From positions 1 through 45,654 of the forward strand of contig JAUYPR010000055.1 in the NCBI GenBank assembly GCA_030695785.1: a DNA stretch of 45,654 bases, in the 5' to 3' direction. Both the position numbers and the translations under genes were made by a program. Below are positions 24,976 to 32,882 of the stretch, piece after piece. Below the pieces are notes generated by a model, which was not told the origin of the DNA, searched no databases, and saw only the letters and a program-made list of their open reading frames with translations. Source of the stretch: a bacterium. GTDB lineage: Bacteria > Patescibacteriota > Microgenomatia > JAUYPR01. Positions within the stretch are counted from its first letter, which is position 1. Each line of letters opens with the position of its first letter.

Positions 24976-25689
24976 ATGGACCAACTCAAAACGTTCATTT
25001 TCGACCTTCTCTTCCCCCGCCGCTGTGTAGGATGTTCTTCCTGGGGAATGGTGCTGTGTGCACATTGCCGCGAGTCGTTTCGAGAAACGACTCGCATCTG
25101 CCCAGCGTGTGAACGTCCGTCGATTGACGGTATGACACATCCGGGGTGCCGCAAGAGCACGGGCATCGACGGCTTGGTTGCGGCAGTTGTTTATCAGGAT
25201 GCAGTGCGCGCCGTGGTGCATGCGATGAAATACAAGTGGGTGACGATGCTCGCCCCAATAGTCAGCCAAGAAATGCTCCGAAGGATGCATGCCCACCCGC
25301 TCGAGAAACTTCTTGTATCAAAAAAAGGCGTCTTGATCCCCATTCCCTTGCACAAGAGCCGAGAACGGGCTCGCGGGTTTAACCAAAGCGAAATCATCGC
25401 ACGCCACCTTGGGCAGCTCCTTGCACTTCAGGTAGAGTCGGATATGCTGACACGCGTCCAAGCAACCCCACCTCAAGTTGCACGCAGTGGAAAGGAACGG
25501 CGGGCTGCGATGCACGGAGCATTTGCTGTTCCGCATCCGGATCGTTGCAAAGGAAAAACGGTTCTTCTCGTGGATGACGTGTGGACCACTGGTTCAACCA
25601 TGCGGGAAGCAGGCCGTGTACTCAAACGATCAGGCGCGTTGGAGGTCATTGGCCTTGTGTTTGCACGGTCAGAAGGCCGACTGGTATAA
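24976..25689 (+). CDS. comFC: ComF-family protein (ComFC-like phosphoribosyltransferase-fold competence protein)
   Basis: N-terminal Cys-rich LLFPRRCVGCSSWGMVLCAHCRESF...CPACE, RGFNQSE, and PRT motif VLLVDDVWTTGSTMREA. Confidence 0.85.
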   Translation: MDQLKTFIFDLLFPRRCVGCSSWGMVLCAHCRESFRETTRICPACERPSIDGMTHPGCRKSTGIDGLVAAVVYQDAVRAVVHAMKYKWVTMLAPIVSQEMLRRMHAHPLEKLLVSKKGVLIPIPLHKSRERARGFNQSEIIARHLGQLLALQVESDMLTRVQATPPQVARSGKERRAAMHGAFAVPHPDRCKGKTVLLVDDVWTTGSTMREAGRVLKRSGALEVIGLVFARSEGRLV

Positions 25690-25698
25690 TATAAATCG

Positions 25699-25791
25699 GG
25701 TGGGTTGGCTGAGTGGTTTAAAGCGGAGGTTTGCTAAACCTCTGGCGCTCTAAAAGGTGCCGCACAGGTTCGAATCCTGTACCCACCGCCA
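25699..25791 (+). tRNA. tRNA-Ser (anticodon GCU), CCA encoded
   Basis: GGTGGGT/ACCCACC acceptor stem, GAGGT-TTGCTAA-ACCTC anticodon arm, 21-nt variable arm, ACAGG-TTCGAAT-CCTGT T arm, then G-CCA. Its TGGTATAAT promoter overlaps the comFC stop codon. Confidence 0.9.
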
Positions 25792-25849
25792 CGTAATAAT
25801 TTTGCAAGACAAAATTAAACGTGGCTGGGAAGTCAGACTCCCCGCAAAA

Positions 25850-25935
25850 GGAGGGTTGGCCGAGTGGTTTATGGCGCTGGTCCTGAAAACCAGTGGGTCT
25901 TAAAGCCCTCAGAGGTTCGAATCCTCTACCCTCCG
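25850..25935 (+). tRNA. tRNA-Ser (anticodon UGA), apparent C at position 33
   Basis: GGAGGGT/ACCCTCC acceptor stem, CTGGT-CCTGAAA-ACCAG anticodon arm, variable arm TGGGTCTTAAAGCCCTC, AGAGG-TTCGAAT-CCTCT T arm, discriminator G. Confidence 0.85.
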
Positions 25936-25937
25936 CC

Positions 25938-25953
25938 TTCGCTTCGCCGTAGC
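25938..25953 (+). repeat. Left copy of the 16-nt direct repeat flanking the racemase cassette
   Basis: TTCGCTTCGCCGTAGC starts 3 nt after the tRNA-Ser(UGA) 3' end. An identical copy lies at 26782-26797. Confidence 0.7.
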
Positions 25954-26018
25954 TTTAGTGACGGCACACGGACGCAGTCCGCTAAGTAGCTTGCATATGA
26001 ATTTGATAAACTAAAATT

Positions 26019-26711
26019 ATGAAAACAGTTGGTATTATTGGCGGACTAGGACCAGAAACAACTTCCGAGTTTTACCTCGATCTTGTTTTTTCGTGCGCCA
26101 AAAAAGACAAAACCGCCAGGCCAGCCATCATTATTTCAAGCGTTCCTCTACCATACCAAATTGAAGAGGACGCAATTTTAACAGGCAAGGGTATAGAACG
26201 ACTCATCCCTTATCTGACACAAGAAGCTCAACGATTAGAAAAAGCGGGGGCGGATTTTATCGTTATGCCTTGTAATTCTCTTCATGTTTTCATTAAAGAA
26301 ATTCGTGCTGCGGTGAGCAATCCTGTTTTAAGTATTGTCGAAGAAGCAGTTAAATTCCTCAAGCGAGAAAAAATGAATAAAGTCGGGATTGTTTCGACTT
26401 CAGCAACGATCAAAAACAAACTATACGAAAATGCATTTGCCGAGAATGATATTGAGTACGTTGCCCCCAATGAACTTCAACAAGCTAAAATGGGCAAGTT
26501 TATCCTCAACCTTGTCGTAGGCCAGCAAAAAAATAGAGACCGTGAAGAACTTATCAGTATTATCAACGACTTCGAAAACAAGGGGTTAGACTGCGTTATT
26601 TTGGCCTGTACAGATTTACAGTTGCTTATTCCGCATCATCCCACGCTAAAAATATTCGATACAATGAAAATATTGTCAGATGCGACTGTTCAAGAAATAA
26701 TTAAGGGTTAA
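26019..26711 (+). CDS. Aspartate/glutamate racemase-family protein
   Basis: VGIIGGLGPETTSEFY, MPCNSLH and VILACTDL (two catalytic Cys motifs). The gene is visibly A+T-rich compared with its flanks. TGaTAAACT lies 6 nt upstream of the ATG. Confidence 0.85.
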   Translation: MKTVGIIGGLGPETTSEFYLDLVFSCAKKDKTARPAIIISSVPLPYQIEEDAILTGKGIERLIPYLTQEAQRLEKAGADFIVMPCNSLHVFIKEIRAAVSNPVLSIVEEAVKFLKREKMNKVGIVSTSATIKNKLYENAFAENDIEYVAPNELQQAKMGKFILNLVVGQQKNRDREELISIINDFENKGLDCVILACTDLQLLIPHHPTLKIFDTMKILSDATVQEIIKG

Positions 26712-26781
26712 AAGAATTTGCCGCCCCTGAAAAACTTACTTGCCCGTCCGAAGCTGAAAGCGTAGGCGGGAAATCGTACTT

Positions 26782-26797
26782 TTCGCTTCGCCGTAGC
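26782..26797 (+). repeat. Right copy of the 16-nt direct repeat; part of an 8-bp-stem hairpin
   Basis: TTCGCTTCGCCGTAGC. GCTTCGCC-GTAGCCTT-GGCGAAGC forms a hairpin between the racemase gene and the convergent smpB. Confidence 0.7.
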
Positions 26798-26816
26798 CTT
26801 GGCGAAGCCAAGCTTC

Positions 26817-27257
26817 TCAACTTTTCCCCCGCAGTTCTTGCTCGATGTCGCGGGCAATGGCCTTTTTACGGAGTTCCTCCCGCTTCTCGTATTGCTTCTT
26901 CCCCCGCCCCAATCCAAGCTCAACTTTCACCAGGTTGTTCCGGAAATAACACGACAACGGAATAATCACCCGGCGCCGCTCCATCTGTTTTCCAAGCAGA
27001 CTCAGTATTTGTTGTCGGTGGAGAAGAAGTGTCCGGCTGCGGTGGGGGTCATACCCAACTCCTTTTGCGAATGCGTAGGCCGGAATATACGCATTCACCA
27101 AAAGCGCTTTGTCAGGCCGAATCATCACATGGCTTTCCGATAAATCAGCCCGCCCCGCTCTGATCATCTTCACTTCCGCTCCTGTCAGCACAATACCTGC
27201 CTCAAAGGTCTCCTCAATAATGTAGTCGTACCGCGCACGGCGGTTCACAATATTCAT
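26817..27257 (-). CDS. smpB: SsrA-binding protein
   Basis: RRARYDYIIEETFEAGIVLTGAEVK and TLLLHRQQI are typical SmpB motifs. Confidence 0.93.
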   Translation of the reverse strand: MNIVNRRARYDYIIEETFEAGIVLTGAEVKMIRAGRADLSESHVMIRPDKALLVNAYIPAYAFAKGVGYDPHRSRTLLLHRQQILSLLGKQMERRRVIIPLSCYFRNNLVKVELGLGRGKKQYEKREELRKKAIARDIEQELRGKS

Positions 27258-29119
27258 TGCAGGTCAAACCGATAGATCTGCTCAACTGTCAGGGCATACA
27301 AAGCGCTGTTTGCTTCGTCTGCCACTACAGCTTTCGCTTCTGCAAACACGGGCGAGGAATATTCTGCCTGATACACACCCTGTTTGTCGACAACGACGAC
27401 TCTTTGTGCCTTACTATCAAGAATATAGAGATTCTTTTGATCCTCGTCAGTAAATAGCCCGCGCACTTCCACAAACGCGTTCGGGACGTTTGAAAGCGCA
27501 AAATCTTGTTGAAATCCCTGGACGTAGGTCCGCACCTCGCCGGTTTTTGAACCCACCCACACCGACCCATCAATCGCCATGGCCACTGCATCCTTGGGCA
27601 GTTCAGAATTCCCCCGAAGGTAATACCGCGGATCGCCTAACCCGCCGCTATACGGTTCATACTTCCAAATCACCTGCTCTTTTGTGTCCAAAAGATACAC
27701 ATTGCCGCCATAACCCGCGGCGTCTTGAATGGTTCCCCACGTTTCTCCTTCCAGCATCGTCTCGATGCTCTCCCTACCCTCTTGGAACCGACTGATCGTT
27801 CCAGCCGTATTGATGGAATAAAAACGGCCATTGGTCAGCACAACCCACGCCGCGTCTTTTGGCCCCTTCTCGCCGCCAAGAACCGCGGTGGATTGCTTTT
27901 GAAGAAGACCAATGGTATAGACCGATGACGTCTTCCGGTTAAAAATGATTGCTTTCCCTGCATCGCTCTTGATACTGTCAGCACGCACACCATCACCAAT
28001 GAGAGAATAGGAGAAATACACGTCAGGTTTTTCCACAGCAAACGGGGCTTGGAGTTTCTCGTTTAATTCGTCGAGTTTTTTTGACGTCTCTTGAACCTGT
28101 TTATCAGCCGCAAGATTCTTGGGAAGAGCGGCCTGTGCCGCTTTTGCCACGTCGAGCAGCTCACGGCTGCGCGACGGGTGCAGTTCGAGGAGCTCACGAG
28201 CTTCCTCTACGATCCGGCTAAACGACTGCATCTGCGCCTGATCCCTTGCGCGCTGTGGGCCAATCTTGGTCGTATAGAAAATACCTCCGACAAGAAGAAG
28301 GGCAAAAAATATCCCCCCGCCAATGAAAAGAGGCGCCCTTTTTGAGGGCTGCCCGATCGTCGGCTGCAACGTTGGCATCGCTGGCTCTTCTTCTGTGGTT
28401 TTCTCGATCATCGTCGCGTGACTGTCGCTCGGGACAGAGGAAGGTGTTTCCTCTTGTTCTTCTGAGATCGCTGACGCTGCCGCTTCGATATCAACGACAA
28501 TTGCAGCTGCCCCACTTCCCTCTTCGTCTTTGTGCACATGCGGCGTGATAGCATCAATCGCATCATCCAATTTTCCTTCATGGAAAGCGGCGTTCAGAAT
28601 ATCCGTGCTCACGACAGAAAAAAACGTCGGGGTGCCAAGCACCACTCGGTCTCCGGGTCGGACATTGCCTGACGCCATTTCCACCGATGCGGGCTCTTGC
28701 CCATCTGCCAACAGCGTCGCGACATCTTGCCCGCGGCGCATCATCACCCGGCCGTGCCCGATCACGCCAAGGGTTAACACGTTGCCGGTGAGCACTCCCG
28801 CGACAATCGACATCGTGGGGTTTTCGGCATCAGAAGATTCAGAGGCCGGAATGTGTTCGGGGATTGTCGTGAGCGTCTGCTCAAGCACTTGATACACTGA
28901 CTCCACTGATCCAGTGAGTGAGGTTTCGAGGTGGGTGAGGATTGCTTTTCCGACTGTTGCCGGCCGGTCTTCTTCTGCCTTTGCAACGCTGACTTCCACA
29001 ACTGCCATCACCAAACCCGCGGGAGAAACTTTTTCATCCAACACCAGGGTTTGCGCCCATCTGTTTTGGGTGGGCGTGCCGACAATGCGGCGCAAAAGGG
29101 CAGTTCGGTGCAGTTCCAT
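27254..29119 (-). CDS. Bitopic membrane protein: cytoplasmic PP2C/SpoIIE-like domain, one TM helix, extracytoplasmic beta-propeller-like repeats
   Basis: N-terminal half GVLTGNVLTLGVIGHGRVMMRRG...GDRVVLGTPTFF...GAAAIVVDI resembles the PP2C fold. TM segment PLFIGGGIFFALLLVGGIFY. C-terminal repeated strands VYLLDTKEQVIWKY, GSVWVGSKTGEVRTY, NLYILDSKAQRVVVVD. The domain calls are inference. Confidence 0.55.
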   Translation of the reverse strand: MELHRTALLRRIVGTPTQNRWAQTLVLDEKVSPAGLVMAVVEVSVAKAEEDRPATVGKAILTHLETSLTGSVESVYQVLEQTLTTIPEHIPASESSDAENPTMSIVAGVLTGNVLTLGVIGHGRVMMRRGQDVATLLADGQEPASVEMASGNVRPGDRVVLGTPTFFSVVSTDILNAAFHEGKLDDAIDAITPHVHKDEEGSGAAAIVVDIEAAASAISEEQEETPSSVPSDSHATMIEKTTEEEPAMPTLQPTIGQPSKRAPLFIGGGIFFALLLVGGIFYTTKIGPQRARDQAQMQSFSRIVEEARELLELHPSRSRELLDVAKAAQAALPKNLAADKQVQETSKKLDELNEKLQAPFAVEKPDVYFSYSLIGDGVRADSIKSDAGKAIIFNRKTSSVYTIGLLQKQSTAVLGGEKGPKDAAWVVLTNGRFYSINTAGTISRFQEGRESIETMLEGETWGTIQDAAGYGGNVYLLDTKEQVIWKYEPYSGGLGDPRYYLRGNSELPKDAVAMAIDGSVWVGSKTGEVRTYVQGFQQDFALSNVPNAFVEVRGLFTDEDQKNLYILDSKAQRVVVVDKQGVYQAEYSSPVFAEAKAVVADEANSALYALTVEQIYRFDLQ

Positions 29120-29123
29120 ACGG

Positions 29124-29306
29124 TTACAGTATCACAAGCGCAACCACGAACAACACGAGGACAAGGATAAAGTGAAGAACCGCAAGGCTGTTCCAGATTG
29201 ACCCGAGCGGCGTTTTAAGCGTATTGCGCATCATGGCAACTTGCCGGATCACGATAAATGCAAACACAATGTAGACACCAATCGTTGAAAGGATTAATAC
29301 CTTCAT
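29124..29306 (-). CDS. Small two-TM membrane protein
   Basis: MKVLILSTIGVYIVFAFIVIRQVAMMRNTLKTPLGSIWNSLAVLHFILVLVLFVVALVIL. The track start at 29420 would overlap the upstream gene. An upstream TTG start is also possible. Confidence 0.5.
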   Translation of the reverse strand: MKVLILSTIGVYIVFAFIVIRQVAMMRNTLKTPLGSIWNSLAVLHFILVLVLFVVALVIL

Positions 29307-29334
29307 CACCAAACTCAACGCACTCAAAAAAAGA

Positions 29335-29853
29335 CTATCCAAGGCGTCCTCCACCCTTGCGAAGAAGTTCACTGATCTTCCGCACCACTTCTTCCGGGTT
29401 GCCAAGGAACGGAAATTCAAACTCTGGGGTAGTACCAGCAGTTTGAATATGGACGTCCCCTAACCCAAACAGAACCTGGAAAAAGCCGTGCGTTTTACTC
29501 GTCACGTCTTGGACATTGCGGATTGCGGTTTCCGAAACACTGCGGTGTGTGAGGCCGACAAAGTCAATGTCGACCACCCGCTCGTTGGTCAAAAGGTAAA
29601 AGTTGTAGTACCAGGAGAGAAAAATTTCGAAAAAGAACAGCGCGACACATTGCAGCCACAGCCATGTGAGGACAAATAAAAATGGAACGATCTTGATGCC
29701 TGGAAACACGCTTGCGAACGGAAAGAATGGAAGGAACAAGGGAACAACGAGGAGAAGGAACCCGAATGCAAGTTTCGGCATCATGACAATTGGGTGTTGG
29801 CGAAGGGCAAGGAGCACCTCTTCCCCGTCATGCTGCGATTGGAAATGAATCAT
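29335..29853 (-). CDS. Bacterial PH-domain (DUF304/bPH_2-like) membrane protein
   Basis: MIHFQSQHDGEEVLLALRQHPIVM, two TM helices, then YLLTNERVVDIDFVGL...VHIQTAG. Trimmed from the track start at 30168, which lies inside the upstream gene. Confidence 0.7.
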   Translation of the reverse strand: MIHFQSQHDGEEVLLALRQHPIVMMPKLAFGFLLLVVPLFLPFFPFASVFPGIKIVPFLFVLTWLWLQCVALFFFEIFLSWYYNFYLLTNERVVDIDFVGLTHRSVSETAIRNVQDVTSKTHGFFQVLFGLGDVHIQTAGTTPEFEFPFLGNPEEVVRKISELLRKGGGRLG

Positions 29854-29869
29854 TCTAGCTTTGATTGTA

Positions 29870-31606
29870 TCACTTCTGTTCGATGTTAAAAAGTTTACTC
29901 CGAATCGCAATATATCCCGGCGCACGGAGATTGAATGTGTCTTTGAACTCTGACCCCGGAATGTCAACAGCGCCGCGATTTGTCTGGAGGCGGACATTCG
30001 CGGTACGGCCATCGCCGGAATACGAGATACTGACGGACGACACCGAGGTATACGCACCGCCCAACTCATCTGCCTTTTGACGCAATGCATCCATCGAGTA
30101 CGGATTCCCGCCTGACCCACCCAGCGCACAGGATCCGATGGTCGTGGGCAGAATCCGGGCAACGTCATCCGACGATCCTGCCTTACGCACCAACCAGCCG
30201 TTCAAAATATCTGCAAACTCCTCTTGCGTCAGCCATGGGTGAGATCGGCCGCAATTCGCCGAGGTCTTCGGGTATGACTGTGTGTACCACCCCTTGTAAA
30301 ACCAGGGCGAATTCGCGATTTTTTCATACGCCTCGCCTGTCCAACAGTCTTTCCCTCCACACGTGGTGTCCCATCCCATGGTATCAATATACCCGCCAGT
30401 CGTGGAAGAATAAAATGCAGTCACGCCTTCCACAATCTGGCCGCGGGTTTCTTCCACTGCCTGTTTCCATTCAGCCGGAGGGTTTGCCGCTTTCGAGTTC
30501 GAGAAGACTTGGCACGATTCCGTGACACAAATGGTTGTTCCATTGGTTTTGTACCGCATTGCATACGACCGCGCAGCCACGGCTTGCGCTTTCAGCGCTT
30601 CTTTTGGAAACGTGGATGGCATTTCCGCAATGCCGAGAAGGTAATACCCTTCAAAATCCACTGTGCCAAACCCTTCGACCGAAATCGTACCGCCAGTATC
30701 TTTTGTCTCTGGATCCTTTCCATAGTAGGCGCGGAGAATCGCTTTATAGTCGTGCCCCCGCTCGGCGCGGCCCTTTGCGCCATACTGGCTCATACCTTTC
30801 CAGTGAGAAAACGCGCCGAAGGAAAAGCCCGCGAATGCGGGGGAGAAGCCGGGGTTAAACGTCGGAGACGCATTGGAATCGTCCGTGAGCGGCACATCGC
30901 CAATGCTGGTGGTAAACGTCCCGGAGCGGGCCGACAAAATTTCCTGCTGGCGGGAGGTGAGCGACGCGATCTGCTGGGACAGCTTGGTTTGATAGGCACG
31001 GGCTTTCCCCACCTCGCCTTTCAAAAATGCGGCGCGCTCATCGGCTTGCGCTTTTAATCCGAAGAAGCGTTTTTGGTCTTGCTCTAGTTTGAATTTTAAC
31101 GACTCTGCCTCAACCTTTTTGGTGTGCAGGCCCCGCAGTTCATCGGACAGTTCGACAATAACATCTTTATCCTGGCCTGCCGCAGATTCGCGGTAAGAAA
31201 TGGCACGGAAAAAGCTGCCGACACTACCGCTTGAGAGAAAAAGGTAAAATGGAATATCCTTGCGTTTGTACATGTAGTATGAACGGACCCGGTCGGTAAA
31301 CACTTGCTGCTGCAAATCTAAAAGTTTTTGCTCTTCCTGAATCTGACGTTGAAGATCTTTGAGCTGTTTTTCTTCCCGATCAATGGCGGCTTGCGCCTGT
31401 TCGATTTTTTTGAACAAATCATCGAGTTTGGCCTGGAGGTTTCCCAACTCCCCTTCCAAGGGTTTGGTTGCGTCCTGCGACATCTGCAACGCGCGGGCCA
31501 GGTCATCAATCTGCTTTTGCAGATCATCCAGCTCATCCGCGGCAATGGGGCGGATGGGAAGAAGCACCAGGGCGACGGCAAGGAGAAGGAGAAGCAGTTT
31601 TCTCAT
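29870..31606 (-). CDS. SpoIID/LytB-domain protein with an N-terminal coiled coil (peptidoglycan remodelling)
   Basis: Signal peptide MRKLLLLLLAVALVLLPIRPIAA, long heptad-like region, and SpoIID signature EALKAQAVAARSYA...FYSSTTGGY. TGTTACAAT lies 6 nt upstream of the ATG at 31606. Confidence 0.85.
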   Translation of the reverse strand: MRKLLLLLLAVALVLLPIRPIAADELDDLQKQIDDLARALQMSQDATKPLEGELGNLQAKLDDLFKKIEQAQAAIDREEKQLKDLQRQIQEEQKLLDLQQQVFTDRVRSYYMYKRKDIPFYLFLSSGSVGSFFRAISYRESAAGQDKDVIVELSDELRGLHTKKVEAESLKFKLEQDQKRFFGLKAQADERAAFLKGEVGKARAYQTKLSQQIASLTSRQQEILSARSGTFTTSIGDVPLTDDSNASPTFNPGFSPAFAGFSFGAFSHWKGMSQYGAKGRAERGHDYKAILRAYYGKDPETKDTGGTISVEGFGTVDFEGYYLLGIAEMPSTFPKEALKAQAVAARSYAMRYKTNGTTICVTESCQVFSNSKAANPPAEWKQAVEETRGQIVEGVTAFYSSTTGGYIDTMGWDTTCGGKDCWTGEAYEKIANSPWFYKGWYTQSYPKTSANCGRSHPWLTQEEFADILNGWLVRKAGSSDDVARILPTTIGSCALGGSGGNPYSMDALRQKADELGGAYTSVSSVSISYSGDGRTANVRLQTNRGAVDIPGSEFKDTFNLRAPGYIAIRSKLFNIEQK

Positions 31607-31659
31607 GGTTTGATTGTAACACTGGAACATACCCGCATAACGTACTACGGTTGACCCAC

Positions 31660-31688
31660 TTGACAAATCCCATTTAATGTGCTAATAT
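31660..31688 (+). promoter_or_regulatory. Promoter of the AAA ATPase gene, leaderless geometry
   Basis: TTGACA (31660-31665), 17-nt spacer, TAATAT (31683-31688), 7 nt, ATG at 31696. It shares CCACTTGACAAAT with the promoter at 35908. Confidence 0.55.
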
Positions 31689-31695
31689 TGGGAAT

Positions 31696-32829
31696 ATGAT
31701 CCCAAGATTAGTTGAAGATTTGGTATTCTCAAAAATCACAACCTCCAAGAAAATCGTCCTCTTGTTCGGAGCGCGGCAGGTTGGAAAAACGACGCTCGTG
31801 CGACGGATGGAAGAACGGCTCAAGGCCAAGGGGAAACGAGTCCAATATTTCAACTGCGACTTCCAAGAAGAGAAGGATGCGATCAATACAACCTCAAAGG
31901 CAGTCCTTGGGCAGCTTGTTTCGGAGGTCGACGCATTACTCATTGACGAAGCACAGCGGCTTGACAATCCCGGGTTGACGCTGAAAAACATCCACACGCT
32001 CTCACCGGATCTTTATCTTCTTGCAACAGGATCATCGAGTTTTGAGCTTAAAAACACACTCAGCGATTCACTCACAGGACGGTACGTGGACTTCACGTTA
32101 TATCCCTTCTCCTTTACAGAAGTCATCCCCAACGAGAAGCCTGATGCGTTGTTGCCGTCGGCATTTGTCTACGGTTTGTACCCGGAAGTTTATCTTGAGA
32201 AAAACCCGTCTGAAAAACAGGCGCTGCTCAATCGGCTCGTTGACAGCTACCTGTTTCGAGATGTCCTCACGTTTCAGCGTGTGCAAAACTCCCAGGCCAT
32301 CAAAGATTTAACACGGGCGCTCGCGTATCAAATTGGATCGGAGGTCAACCCGAACGAATTGGCAAATCGCCTGAAGATTGACCGAAAAACCGTCATCAAT
32401 TACCTTGAGGTTTTAGAGAAATCATTTGTCATTGTCACGTTAACGCCATTTTCAAAAAATCCTCGTCGAGAAATCGGAAAAAATTCTAAGGTTTATTTTG
32501 TCGATCTCGGCGTCAGAAATGCGTTGATCGGAGATTTCAATCCCATGCATCTGCGTGCGGATGCTGGAGCTGTGTGGGAGAACTTTCTTGTTCTTGAGCG
32601 CCTGAAGTCATTTGCCAACCGCAATGAACAGGTCTCCCATTACTTTTGGCGTCATTATTCAGGGGCGGAAGTAGACTACCTTGAAAAAAGGTCGTCCAGA
32701 GAACTTCAGGCGTTCGAATTGAAGGTTGGAAGCGGATCATTACGGAAGGGTGCTCGTTCTTTTACCGACGACTATGGCGTCAAAGTTCAATTAATTAATG
32801 GTGAAAATTATTTGGACTTCATCCGCTGA
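31696..32829 (+). CDS. AAA+ ATPase with a C-terminal DUF4143-like domain
   Basis: Walker A is GARQVGKTTL and Walker B is ALLIDEAQ. The length and C-terminal pattern (YFWRHYSGAEVDYL) are typical of the AAA_14/DUF4143 family. Confidence 0.85.
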   Translation: MIPRLVEDLVFSKITTSKKIVLLFGARQVGKTTLVRRMEERLKAKGKRVQYFNCDFQEEKDAINTTSKAVLGQLVSEVDALLIDEAQRLDNPGLTLKNIHTLSPDLYLLATGSSSFELKNTLSDSLTGRYVDFTLYPFSFTEVIPNEKPDALLPSAFVYGLYPEVYLEKNPSEKQALLNRLVDSYLFRDVLTFQRVQNSQAIKDLTRALAYQIGSEVNPNELANRLKIDRKTVINYLEVLEKSFVIVTLTPFSKNPRREIGKNSKVYFVDLGVRNALIGDFNPMHLRADAGAVWENFLVLERLKSFANRNEQVSHYFWRHYSGAEVDYLEKRSSRELQAFELKVGSGSLRKGARSFTDDYGVKVQLINGENYLDFIR

Positions 32830-32882
32830 TCTTGCATTCTTTTCCAGAATCCAGTAGACTGAACGTCAAGCTGCCCACGCGC

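Noticed and set aside
21071-26800. Autonomous mobile element (prophage, ICE or IS) at the tRNA-adjacent low-GC inserts
   Set aside because: No integrase, transposase, recombinase or phage structural gene could be recognised. Only repeats and compositional contrast are present, so the inserts are reported as possible remnants or cassettes, not as mobile elements.
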